A DNA stretch of 41,756 bases from Patescibacteria group bacterium. Its GTDB lineage: Bacteria; Patescibacteriota; Patescibacteriia; Patescibacteriales; JAQTRU01. Every line of letters begins with the position of its first letter. Position 1 is the first letter of the stretch. This document shows positions 1 through 8,022 of this stretch, one piece after another. Location: positions 1-41,756 of the forward strand of contig JBAZOD010000001.1 of the NCBI GenBank assembly GCA_041648955.1. Direction: 5' to 3'. The position numbers and the translations under genes are program-made. The notes beneath the pieces are model-generated. The model was not told the origin of the DNA. It ran no database searches and worked only from the letters and a program-made list of their open reading frames with translations.

Positions 1-744
1 CTCGACAGAGACGAACATATCAATGTTATAAAGTATGTTTCAGAATTAACCGCCGGCCGAGTCCGCGTTTTGGCCGGCACTGGTTCAAACTGCACGACGG
101 AAGCTATTTATCTCACGAGACGAGCCAAGACGGTCGGAGCACACGGAGTTTTGGCAGTTGTTCCTTATTACAACAAGCCGACTCCGGCCGGCCAGAAAGA
201 CTATTTTCGCAGAATAGCTGAAATTGGCTTGCCAATTGTAGCCTATGACATTCCCAGTCGCACCGGCATACAAATGTCGGTTGAAACGATTTTGGAACTG
301 GCAGAGGAAGGAACTATTCATGGCCTAAAATGGGCGAGCGGCGACCTCAACCAGCTCATGGATGTTGTCAGACTCCGCCCCGACGGATTCACTGTTCTTT
401 CTGGAGATGACAATCTCACTTTCCCGCTCATGGCCCTTGGTGGAGACGGAGTTATCTCCGTTCTTTCCAATGTCTTTCCGAGCGAGATGAAACAGTTTAT
501 TCTTAGCGCGCAGGAAGACGAAATGGAAATTGCCTCCGACTGGCATTACCGGCTGCTGGGAGTAATGAGAGCGATGTTTATTGAAAACAATCCGATCTCG
601 GTCAAAACCGCCCTGAGCATTCTCTTTCCGGATATTTTCGGAGAAAAACCGGTTTTCCGATCGCCCATGTGCGAAATGAGCGAAGAGAATCGTCAAAAGC
701 TCGAAATGATTCTGAGAAACTTCACGGAGACAAAACAAATTTAA
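1..744 (+). CDS. dapA: 4-hydroxy-tetrahydrodipicolinate synthase (DapA), 5'-truncated by the window edge
   Basis: Frame 1 is open from base 1 (LDRDEHINVIKYVSELTAGRVRVLAGTGSN...), so the listed ATG/70 is not the start. DHDPS-family motifs are present: AGTGSN, YDIPSRTG (YNxPxRT type) and the catalytic-Lys motif GLKWASG. One hand-counted line (61-120) is ~53% GC, above the window norm. Confidence 0.88.
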   Translation, partial: LDRDEHINVIKYVSELTAGRVRVLAGTGSNCTTEAIYLTRRAKTVGAHGVLAVVPYYNKPTPAGQKDYFRRIAEIGLPIVAYDIPSRTGIQMSVETILELAEEGTIHGLKWASGDLNQLMDVVRLRPDGFTVLSGDDNLTFPLMALGGDGVISVLSNVFPSEMKQFILSAQEDEMEIASDWHYRLLGVMRAMFIENNPISVKTALSILFPDIFGEKPVFRSPMCEMSEENRQKLEMILRNFTETKQI

Positions 745-754
745 TAAAAAACAC

Positions 755-785
755 AAAACGCCCGGATTGCCCGAGCGTTTTTTTA
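755..785 (+). terminator. Rho-independent terminator after dapA (copy 1 of a repeated 30-mer)
   Basis: The sequence is AAAACGCCCGGATTGCCCGAGCGTTTTTTT. The stem pairs 758-765 with 771-778 (7 bp plus one C/A mismatch), the loop is 5 nt, and a T7 run follows at 778-784. Confidence 0.7.
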
Positions 786-808
786 TTTTACAACAGAAAA
801 ATCCAGTC

Positions 809-838
809 TTGACTACACACCTTACTTATGCTTAAATT
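809..838 (+). promoter_or_regulatory. sigma70-like promoter for the 889..1473 gene
   Basis: TTGACT at 809-814, a 17/18-nt spacer, then TTAAAT/TAAATT at 832-838. It lies ~50 nt upstream of the GGAG Shine-Dalgarno at 877-880. Confidence 0.5.
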
Positions 839-888
839 TAATATTAAATCAAAAACGAACGCACTTTTTATAAAAAGGAGATGTGTCC

Positions 889-1473
889 ATGAAATGGTTT
901 GTTGTGTTTATTTCCATTCTCGCGCCTTTCACAGCTGTCTATGGCTCCCAAGCCGAGGAGTTGAAATTTTCGAAATTCGAGTATTATAACGGCAAAAATC
1001 CATTTTTCTCAAGCTTTGATACCAAAATTAGTTTCAAATCCAAAAACAAAGTATTTACGACATCAATGAATAATGTTCGTGTAAATACAAAATTCGGGTA
1101 TTCTTTCCCGCACACGAACATTCTCGCCACCTGCGGTCTGCAACAGAACGCGCCCTGGTTCGCCCCTGAAGTTGATTTTACTTTCTGGCGCGTTTCTACC
1201 ATCCACTGGGGCGGGTGGATGTTCGGAGAAACCGGAAAACCGAAAATGGAAAGGCCGAGATTTTTTTTCGCTCTCAACGCGATTTACTTTTCGGTGAAAC
1301 CGATTGTATTGAGCTACACACTTCTCCATTTCTTTGAAAATGAACCGGATCATATTCCGGGAATCAGCTTTTCCCAGCCAATTAATAAAAATTTCACATG
1401 GCTGGTTGGAACGGATTACAGCACGAAGGATGCGAACCCGATGTTTAATATCGGAATGAAATTCACGCCTTGA
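889..1473 (+). CDS. hypothetical secreted protein (Sec signal peptide), no recognised family
   Basis: The ORF track starts at GTG 883. ATG 889 is preferred because GGAG at 877-880 sits 8 nt upstream. The N-terminus MKWFVVFISILAPFTAVYG/SQ looks like an SPase I signal. The protein is rich in aromatic and beta-type residues. It has its own promoter and terminator. Confidence 0.65.
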   Translation: MKWFVVFISILAPFTAVYGSQAEELKFSKFEYYNGKNPFFSSFDTKISFKSKNKVFTTSMNNVRVNTKFGYSFPHTNILATCGLQQNAPWFAPEVDFTFWRVSTIHWGGWMFGETGKPKMERPRFFFALNAIYFSVKPIVLSYTLLHFFENEPDHIPGISFSQPINKNFTWLVGTDYSTKDANPMFNIGMKFTP

Positions 1474-1487
1474 AAGATACAAAAAAT

Positions 1488-1517
1488 AAAACGCCCGGAT
1501 TACCCGAGCGTTTTTTT
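1488..1517. terminator. Bidirectional intrinsic terminator (copy 2 of the repeated 30-mer)
   Basis: The sequence AAAACGCCCGGATTACCCGAGCGTTTTTTT matches 755-784 at 29 of 30 positions, and the single difference falls in the loop. T-runs are present on both strands (T7 on +, TTTTATTTTTT on -), so it can also terminate murC, which ends at 1540. Confidence 0.7.
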
Positions 1518-1539
1518 GTTTTTAGAAATATTTATAATT

Positions 1540-2955
1540 TCATTCTTTTAGTAAATTCTCCCCGATGCGAAAAACATCACCGGCGCCCATTAAAATAACA
1601 ACATCTCCTCTTGCTGCCCTTTCCCGCAAATATTTTTCACATTCATTTAGAGTAGAAATATGACGGGCAGACGCGTTGCTATTCTCTTTGATTTTTTCCA
1701 CCAAATCTTGGCTGCTTACTCCCCCTTGTTTTTCCCGAGCTGACCCATAAATATCAAGGACTATCACCTCGTTCGCCTTGCCAAAACTCTTAGAAAATTC
1801 ATCAAGCAAGGCCTTGGTGCGAGTAAAAGTATGGGGGTGAAAAACTACGATTATTTTATTATTTTTATATTTCTGTCTGGCTCCTTCCAGGGTGGCTTCT
1901 ATTTCCGTCGGGTGATGAGCATAATCATCAATAATAGTCGCGCCATTAAATTGCCCTAAAATTTGCATACGGCGGGCAGTACCGGAAAATTCCTCCAAAT
2001 AAGTTCTGATTAAATTCAAAGGAATTTCCAATTCTATGCTGGCGGCAATTATCGCCAAAGCATTGGAAATATTATGGCGGCCGGAAAGCTGAATAGAAAA
2101 ATCTCCCAGAATATCCTCGCGCGCACCTTCTATCTCCTCATTATCCGCGCCAAACTTTACTCTGAAATATTGCCTGTCTCCCTGCTGTTTTATATCATAA
2201 GCAATATAATCAGCGACCTCGTTTATCCCATAGCTTATGACTCTTCCCCGGCAATGCAGACCGGCAATTTTACGGACACTGGCATCGTCAAAATTAGCGA
2301 TTAAAAATCCTTTCGTCGGAATTTTTTTTATAAATTCAGAAAAAACATTTTCATAATCCTGTTTGGTCGGAAAAAAATCCGGATGGTCATAATCTATGTT
2401 ATTGAGAATTACGCCTTTGGGCTGAAAATACTGAAGTTTGTTTTGATATTCGTCCACTTCGGCTACAAAATAATCAGACTTGCCTGCCAAACTCGCGCCG
2501 TCAAATTGAGGGACTCTTGACCCAACCAAAACATTCGGATCCAGACCGGCTTCTTTCAAAATAAACCCAAGCCAAGCGGTGGTCGTGGTTTTTCCATGCG
2601 AACCGATAACAGCGATGCCAAAATGAGAATTAAAAAATTCCCCTAAAGCTTCCGCGTAAGTAAGGACTTTTGTTTTGCCGGCCAAAGCCGAATCTACTTC
2701 CAAATTATTTTCAGCATTGTAGGCAGTGGAATAAATAATCAAATCAACATCTTTCGGAATATTATCTTTGGAAAAACCTTCTATGACTTTAATCCCAGCC
2801 TTGGCCAAAACTTCATCAGTCATAAATTTTTCTCCAATATCCGAACCGGAAACAGAAAAATCCTTAGCAGCCAAAAACTGGGCAAGCATTGTCATCCCCA
2901 CGCCTTTGATGCCGATCATATAAATTTTTTTTATTTTGGATAAATCCATAGTCAT
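1540..2955 (-). CDS. murC: UDP-N-acetylmuramate--L-alanine ligase
   Basis: 471 aa. It has the N-terminal Rossmann loop GIKGVGMTMLAQFL, the Mur-ligase P-loop GSHGKTTTTAW and a C-terminal Mur-ligase domain. It follows murG with a TAATG stop/start overlap at 2955. Confidence 0.93.
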   Translation of the reverse strand: MTMDLSKIKKIYMIGIKGVGMTMLAQFLAAKDFSVSGSDIGEKFMTDEVLAKAGIKVIEGFSKDNIPKDVDLIIYSTAYNAENNLEVDSALAGKTKVLTYAEALGEFFNSHFGIAVIGSHGKTTTTAWLGFILKEAGLDPNVLVGSRVPQFDGASLAGKSDYFVAEVDEYQNKLQYFQPKGVILNNIDYDHPDFFPTKQDYENVFSEFIKKIPTKGFLIANFDDASVRKIAGLHCRGRVISYGINEVADYIAYDIKQQGDRQYFRVKFGADNEEIEGAREDILGDFSIQLSGRHNISNALAIIAASIELEIPLNLIRTYLEEFSGTARRMQILGQFNGATIIDDYAHHPTEIEATLEGARQKYKNNKIIVVFHPHTFTRTKALLDEFSKSFGKANEVIVLDIYGSAREKQGGVSSQDLVEKIKENSNASARHISTLNECEKYLRERAARGDVVILMGAGDVFRIGENLLKE

Positions 2956-4076
2956 TATTGGTCAAATAACAAAAGGTTAACAACTCTTATTATTTCTTCA
3001 TTCGCCCCCCTTTTCATAACCTTTCCCGCGTTATTCCCTAATTCGTACCGCAATTTTTCATTATTCAATAAGTCCTTTATCTTACTGCTAAAAATCTCCG
3101 GCGTCAATTCTATTTGATCTAAAATTATAGCTCCCTTCTTCTCGCTGAAAACCCGGGCATTGTCTTCCTGATGCGAGTCCGGCATCGGAATCAAAATCGC
3201 CGGTTTGGCTAAGAAATAAATCTCCGTTAAAAACCCTAGACCGGCTCGAGAAACCACTAAATCCGCCATTTTCATAATCAACATAAGTTTATCATGCTCA
3301 ACAAAATCAAATAATAAATAATTTTTTATTTTTTCTTTTTTATCTTTTATTTTATTTTTTCCCGTGATATGAACAATTTGGGAAATTTTAGTCAACTCAT
3401 CTAAACTCCCCCAAACCAATTTATTAATCCCCTCCGCTCCTGTCCCTCCGCCAACTATCAATACAACCGGCAAATCTTTCTTTAATCCGAATTTTTTAAA
3501 AATTTTGTCATTCGTCAACCGAAAATTGTCAATCGGAAATCCGCATGGGTTTCCCGTACAAACCGCCTTCTTTCCAAAATATTTTAAAGACTCTTCAAAA
3601 GCCACCGTAATCACATTTGCAAACGGCGCCATTAATTTATTCGCTAGTCCCGGTCTGACATCTTGCTGATGAACTAAAATTTTAACGCCTAAAAGCCAGC
3701 CTGCCCAAATTATCGGTACGCTCGAAAAACTGCCGGCTGTCATTATTAAATCGGGCCTGAATCTTGAAATTATAAGTAAAGACTTAAAAAATCCGGCAAT
3801 AATTTTAAACGGGTCTAAAAAATTATGAATAGAAAAATATCGCCTCAGCTTTCCTGATGATATGGCTATAAACTTAATTCCGGCCTTCTCAACCATTTCT
3901 CTTTCTGGGCCAAATCTTGTGCCCACCCATAAATATTCAAACTCCTTTTTACTTTCAACTTTATGAACTTTATAACTTTCTAACTCGTCAAAGACGGCTA
4001 AAAGCGGAGAAACCGATCCGCCAGTTCCTCCTCCGGTAAACAATATTTTTATTTTTTGTTTTTTGTTTTCTCTCAT
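2955..4076 (-). CDS. murG: undecaprenyldiphospho-muramoylpentapeptide beta-N-acetylglucosaminyltransferase
   Basis: 373 aa. The N-terminal FTGGGTGGSVSPLLAV is a GT28 glycine loop and the protein has a two-lobe GT-B layout. It lies between ftsW and murC. Confidence 0.9.
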   Translation of the reverse strand: MRENKKQKIKILFTGGGTGGSVSPLLAVFDELESYKVHKVESKKEFEYLWVGTRFGPEREMVEKAGIKFIAISSGKLRRYFSIHNFLDPFKIIAGFFKSLLIISRFRPDLIMTAGSFSSVPIIWAGWLLGVKILVHQQDVRPGLANKLMAPFANVITVAFEESLKYFGKKAVCTGNPCGFPIDNFRLTNDKIFKKFGLKKDLPVVLIVGGGTGAEGINKLVWGSLDELTKISQIVHITGKNKIKDKKEKIKNYLLFDFVEHDKLMLIMKMADLVVSRAGLGFLTEIYFLAKPAILIPMPDSHQEDNARVFSEKKGAIILDQIELTPEIFSSKIKDLLNNEKLRYELGNNAGKVMKRGANEEIIRVVNLLLFDQ

Positions 4077-4093
4077 TTTTAAATCTTTAAATT

Positions 4094-5248
4094 TTATCGG
4101 CTGGCAGAAATTTCTCTGGTCTGCTTGCTAATATTTATTAATATCCCAACAGCAATTAATGAAGACATTATTGCTGAACCGCCATAACTTACAAATGGCA
4201 AGGGAACGCCGGTCATTGGAAGCAAATTAACCATACCTCCTATATTTAAACAAGCCTGAATAGTAATCCAGCTAACAATACCTAGGCTTAAAATTTTTCC
4301 AAAAGTATCAGGCGCTTGTCTGGATATCAGATAGCCTCGATAAAAAATATACATATATAATATTACTAATAAACCGCTAAAAATAAACCCAGTTTCTTCA
4401 GCAATAATTGGAAAAATAGAATCGCCATTTACCTCCGGCAAATAAAGAAATTTTTGCCGGCTCTCCCCCAGTCCCCGCCCCCAAAAACCGCCCGAACCAA
4501 CTGCTATCAATGATTGATTTACCTGATAGCAAATATCATTACTACTAAAACTGGAATCTACTAAACACTTAAAACGATTTAATTGATAAGGACGCAAATA
4601 AACTATTACCGATAAAGCCATGACGGCGATTAAACTCATCACAAAAAGATGTTTTATTCTTCCTCCGCCCACAAAATAAACAATCAAAGAAACCAATCCG
4701 ATGATAGACAGGGTTCCCATGTCCGGCTGCAAGATCATCAACAAAGCGATTATTCCCAATACCGCCACAAAAGGACCTGTGCCTTGATAAAAATCATCTA
4801 AACTTTTTTGACGAGATTCAAGCCAAGCTGCTAAATAAAGCAAGAAAAAAAGCTTTACTAATTCCGAGGGCTGAAGAGAGTAGCCGAAAACATTAATCCA
4901 ACTGCGAGCTGTGCCATAATCAGCCGCTATCCCCGGAATAAAAACTAAAAGCAGTAAAAAGATGGAAAAAATCAAACAAACAAAAGCATATTTACGCCAA
5001 TAATGATAATCTAAGCGAGAAAAAAAATAAAAGCCGATTAGTCCAAGAAACAATCCCTGCAACTGATGAATAAAATAATAATAACTATTGTTGAACTGCG
5101 TATAAGCCTTAACAGAAGAAGCACTGGAGAGCATTATCAGACCAAAAACAATAATAACGCCGACGGCGATAATTAATTTTTTGTCACCCTCGTGCTCAGA
5201 AGCCAAGGGTTTAAATAAATTATTAATCTTTTGTTTCAAAGTAGCCAT
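4094..5248 (-). CDS. ftsW: SEDS-family peptidoglycan glycosyltransferase (FtsW/RodA)
   Basis: 384-aa polytopic membrane ORF with SEDS motifs QPSELVKL and LPEVNGDSIFPIIAEETGF. It occupies the dcw position between mraY and murG. Confidence 0.88.
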   Translation of the reverse strand: MATLKQKINNLFKPLASEHEGDKKLIIAVGVIIVFGLIMLSSASSVKAYTQFNNSYYYFIHQLQGLFLGLIGFYFFSRLDYHYWRKYAFVCLIFSIFLLLLVFIPGIAADYGTARSWINVFGYSLQPSELVKLFFLLYLAAWLESRQKSLDDFYQGTGPFVAVLGIIALLMILQPDMGTLSIIGLVSLIVYFVGGGRIKHLFVMSLIAVMALSVIVYLRPYQLNRFKCLVDSSFSSNDICYQVNQSLIAVGSGGFWGRGLGESRQKFLYLPEVNGDSIFPIIAEETGFIFSGLLVILYMYIFYRGYLISRQAPDTFGKILSLGIVSWITIQACLNIGGMVNLLPMTGVPLPFVSYGGSAIMSSLIAVGILINISKQTREISASR

Positions 5249-5308
5249 ACAAGAAATCTATAATTCTTAAATCTACAATTTTGATGCCAACAAACAAATA
5301 AAATTTAA

Positions 5309-6358
5309 TTACATCATTCTATCCAATAAAAAAAGTAATAAGCCAATTACGGCCGTAACTCCGGCTATTACCCAAAAACGCATAACGATTTTAGCTTCCT
5401 GCCAGCCTGAAGCTTCTAAATGATGATGAATCGGAGAAGAAAGAAAAATTTTTTTCCCGAAAAATTTTTTTGAACAAACTTGAATAATGAGAGATAGGGC
5501 TTCAACTACAAACAAAAATCCTATAACCGGCAAAAGCATAACATAATTAGTAAGCATTGCGATTATCCCCAAAGTAACGCCAAGGCTCATCGCGCCTGTA
5601 TCACCCATATAAAATCTTGCGGGTATAATATTAAACCACAAAAATGCCAAAAGAGAACCGACAATTACTCCGCAGAAAGTGGCTAAATCGTATCTGCCCA
5701 TGACAAAAGCTATAACTCCGAAAGCAGAAAAAGAAGCAAGCAACGTCCCCCCGGCTAAACCATCCAGGCCGTCTATCTCATTGACAGAAAAAGATGTCGC
5801 TACAATCACAAAAATGAAAAAAGGTATGTACCACCAGCCGATTTCAAAATTATTTAAAAAAGGAATATGCAAAACCGTCCAATTTAATTTGAAATAAAAC
5901 CAACAAGCGCCAATAACAGCGATAATTGTATATATAAAAAGACGATGTTTTATATTCAAGCCGCCGCCGCCCAAAATTCCCTTGCCTCGCACATCCAGCC
6001 AATCATCAAATAAACCAACCAGAGCAGTCGCTATTAAAGCCCCGAGAGGTAATAAAGTCTCGCTGCGGGATAAAAAATTTAAATTATCTAAAACATCAAA
6101 TGAAAAAATTTTTGGCAGATAAAAAAATAGTAAGCTAAAAAAAAGAACGGTCGCCCAAATCAAAATTCCGCCCATAGTCGGCGTACCGGCTTTATGGGCG
6201 TGCATTTTAGTGAAAACTGGCGTAGCGCCATTGTCGCGGATTTTTTTCCCTAAATTATATTTATAGAGAAAATGGGTAAGGGCCGGCGTCCAAGCAAAAG
6301 TAAAAACAAAAGCTAAGGTGGATAAAAAAAGAATCTTTATAATATAAAATTCCTGCAT
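5309..6358 (-). CDS. mraY: phospho-N-acetylmuramoyl-pentapeptide transferase
   Basis: 349 aa, multi-TM, with motifs FDDWLD, NEIDGLDGLAGG and PIHHHLE. Confidence 0.93.
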   Translation of the reverse strand: MQEFYIIKILFLSTLAFVFTFAWTPALTHFLYKYNLGKKIRDNGATPVFTKMHAHKAGTPTMGGILIWATVLFFSLLFFYLPKIFSFDVLDNLNFLSRSETLLPLGALIATALVGLFDDWLDVRGKGILGGGGLNIKHRLFIYTIIAVIGACWFYFKLNWTVLHIPFLNNFEIGWWYIPFFIFVIVATSFSVNEIDGLDGLAGGTLLASFSAFGVIAFVMGRYDLATFCGVIVGSLLAFLWFNIIPARFYMGDTGAMSLGVTLGIIAMLTNYVMLLPVIGFLFVVEALSLIIQVCSKKFFGKKIFLSSPIHHHLEASGWQEAKIVMRFWVIAGVTAVIGLLLFLLDRMM

Positions 6359-6370
6359 ATTTTTTAAATT

Positions 6371-6787
6371 TTAACTAAAATTTATTAAATAAATTGCTCC
6401 CAAAGCAATTAACAAAAAAAGATTCACCAATAAAGATGCCCCCAAAAAAAGATGGGCTAAAAATTTAAAATCTTTACGGCGATAAAAAGCGAATAATAAA
6501 ATTTCATTTGCTAAAATTATTATAAGACTTAAAACCGGAATTATAAACAATCTCTTTACCTCTCCTATTAAATCAACGCCGAAGTCAACATTATAATGAA
6601 GAACTACTAGATCTTGGCTAACACTGCCGTTAATAAGATAAACGAGAAGCCACACGAATAAATTAAAGCCTAAAAGTATAATAAAGTAGAGCCTTATAAA
6701 AAGAAACCCTGATAAAAAAGAAAAAACTACGGAAAATTTTTGTCGCAAATAATAAAAATATTCAGAAAACTTTGATAAATCCAACAT
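6371..6787 (-). CDS. hypothetical integral membrane protein (~4 TM) leading the mraY operon
   Basis: 138-aa ORF with about four hydrophobic segments. Its stop is 12 nt from the mraY start. No motif was recognised. Confidence 0.6.
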   Translation of the reverse strand: MLDLSKFSEYFYYLRQKFSVVFSFLSGFLFIRLYFIILLGFNLFVWLLVYLINGSVSQDLVVLHYNVDFGVDLIGEVKRLFIIPVLSLIIILANEILLFAFYRRKDFKFLAHLFLGASLLVNLFLLIALGAIYLINFS

Positions 6788-6856
6788 ATTATAATATAAA
6801 ATTATAAAGTAAAATCTACTGATACCTTACCATATTTTTGCTAAAACTTGAATATG

Positions 6857-6885
6857 TTGACGAAAAGACAATTTTAATTTATAAT
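6857..6885 (+). promoter_or_regulatory. near-consensus sigma70 promoter
   Basis: TTGACG at 6857-6862, an exact 17-nt spacer, then TATAAT at 6880-6885. It sits ~200 nt upstream of the next + strand start codon at 7094. Confidence 0.65.
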
Positions 6886-6944
6886 AAGAAAATTCCTTGA
6901 TTTTATCTTTATTTTGGGGTATTATTATAAATAATAATATTTTT

Positions 6945-6963
6945 CCTGTGGCTTATCCACAGG
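6945..6963 (+). other. perfect 7-bp hairpin in the leader
   Basis: CCTGTGG cttat CCACAGG. Confidence 0.5.
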
Positions 6964-6992
6964 CAAGTTCATTTCAATTAAAATCTATCTAC

Positions 6993-7011
6993 GGAGGTGC
7001 CTATGAAATAA
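6993..7011 (+). promoter_or_regulatory. Shine-Dalgarno plus 2-codon mini-ORF (ATG AAA TAA)
   Basis: GGAGG at 6993-6997, a 5-nt spacer, ATG at 7003-7005, AAA, then TAA at 7009-7011. Confidence 0.45.
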
Positions 7012-7061
7012 AAAATCGTATTTGGTGGTAAATGAGTAGACATTACTCTGGAATCTCAAAA

Positions 7062-7087
7062 CTCCTTTCCGAAAAAAGAAGTGGAGG
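7062..7087 (+). promoter_or_regulatory. anti-SD hairpin covering the RBS of the 7094 gene
   Basis: CTCCTTTC (7062-7069) pairs with GAAG(T)GGAG (7078-7086), giving 8 pairs including one G-U, with T7082 bulged and an 8-nt loop. The paired 3' arm contains the GGAGG SD at 7083-7087. Confidence 0.45.
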
Positions 7088-7093
7088 CCCCAG

Positions 7094-7909
7094 TTGAAAA
7101 AAGTCCTTATTCTGGCGGGTATACTGTGTATGCTCGCAATGGTATCGTTTGTCTCGGCAAGTACGGTCGCCGACATGCCCTCGTCGGCAGTGGCGATCTC
7201 GAGCGTAACCATGGAAACCAGCGCTTTCGCTACCGCAAAGACGAGCGGTCTGACAGCGAACGGCGAAAATCAGGTTATCTACGTGCAGAAGAATGACGTC
7301 CAGGCTTGGTCAACGAGCACACTGACGTCCAGGACGATCGGAAACACCCTGGCGAACACGGCGAACACGGCGGCGAATTTGACGAACGGTAATTCAAGCG
7401 CTACCGCGGACCAAGGCAACAATCTGACGATCAATACGGGAAACAACTACAGTGGAGAAAAAGCGCAATCGGCGACAACGGTTTTAAAGTATCTGATCCC
7501 GGTCAACGGTATCGACAAAGGCGGAATTACCTCGGCAACGGCGTATGTGCTCAAAATCGTGATCTCGTCCGGCCTGAACACCGGATATAACTTCCCGGGC
7601 GAATATGGCGAAACCGCTTCCAAGATCGACAACCTGGTGACGACATTCAAAATCCCATCGGATACCGTTACCGGTAACACCCCTGCCGCGATGATAACTA
7701 CCGCTCCGACGGCTCAGACGGCCATGGCGATGACCAGCGCAACCACCGGCAACCACCAGATCAATCCCGCGGACATGACGATCGACTTGTCGACGAATAC
7801 GGAGGGCAGAGCTGACGCGAACGAGTTTGTCGGCAACTTCTCCTCGACGGTAAATATGGGTTTTGACGGCATCGATCCTTCCGGTTCCGGTTTTGCAATC
7901 GCTATATGA
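7094..7909 (+). CDS. hypothetical secreted Thr/Ala/Asn/Ser-rich protein, strong GC outlier
   Basis: TTG start at 7094, 6 nt after GGAGG. The signal peptide is MKKVLILAGILCMLAMVSFVSAS/T. The 271-aa protein has no recognised domain. Two hand-counted 60-nt lines (7141-7200 and 7321-7380) give 62% and 60% GC, against 35% for the flanking line 6421-6480. Confidence 0.7.
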   Translation: MKKVLILAGILCMLAMVSFVSASTVADMPSSAVAISSVTMETSAFATAKTSGLTANGENQVIYVQKNDVQAWSTSTLTSRTIGNTLANTANTAANLTNGNSSATADQGNNLTINTGNNYSGEKAQSATTVLKYLIPVNGIDKGGITSATAYVLKIVISSGLNTGYNFPGEYGETASKIDNLVTTFKIPSDTVTGNTPAAMITTAPTAQTAMAMTSATTGNHQINPADMTIDLSTNTEGRADANEFVGNFSSTVNMGFDGIDPSGSGFAIAI

Positions 7910-7931
7910 AAGCGAAAAGCAGAACCGCAAA

Positions 7932-7957
7932 GGCCCAAGTATAAACTTGGGTCTTTT
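7932..7957 (+). terminator. Rho-independent terminator
   Basis: GGCCCAAGT ataa ACTTGGGTC forms a 9-bp stem with one G-U pair, followed by TTTT. Confidence 0.6.
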
Positions 7958-8022
7958 AATTTGTTTTCGTTCGATAAAATATGTTATAATAGCTATATAT
8001 ATTAACTTAGCTAAAATTAAAT

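Noticed and set aside
889-1473. Outer-membrane beta-barrel interpretation for this protein and for 32274..33035 (aromatic residues at or near the C-terminus, beta-type composition).
   Set aside because: The window has no supporting diderm marker. There is no PilQ secretin after pilO and no OM channel next to the MacA-like adaptor. C-terminal aromatic residues alone are weak evidence, so both proteins are left as 'secreted, unknown'.
7447-7938. Long antisense ORFs (7484..7930, 7714..7938, 7447..7680) and the overlapping + ORF 7081..7296 within the GC-rich gene.
   Set aside because: They have Arg/Gly-rich, low-complexity translations typical of non-coding frames in high-GC DNA. None has an SD or promoter. 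The + strand frame at 7094 has a promoter, SD, signal peptide and terminator.
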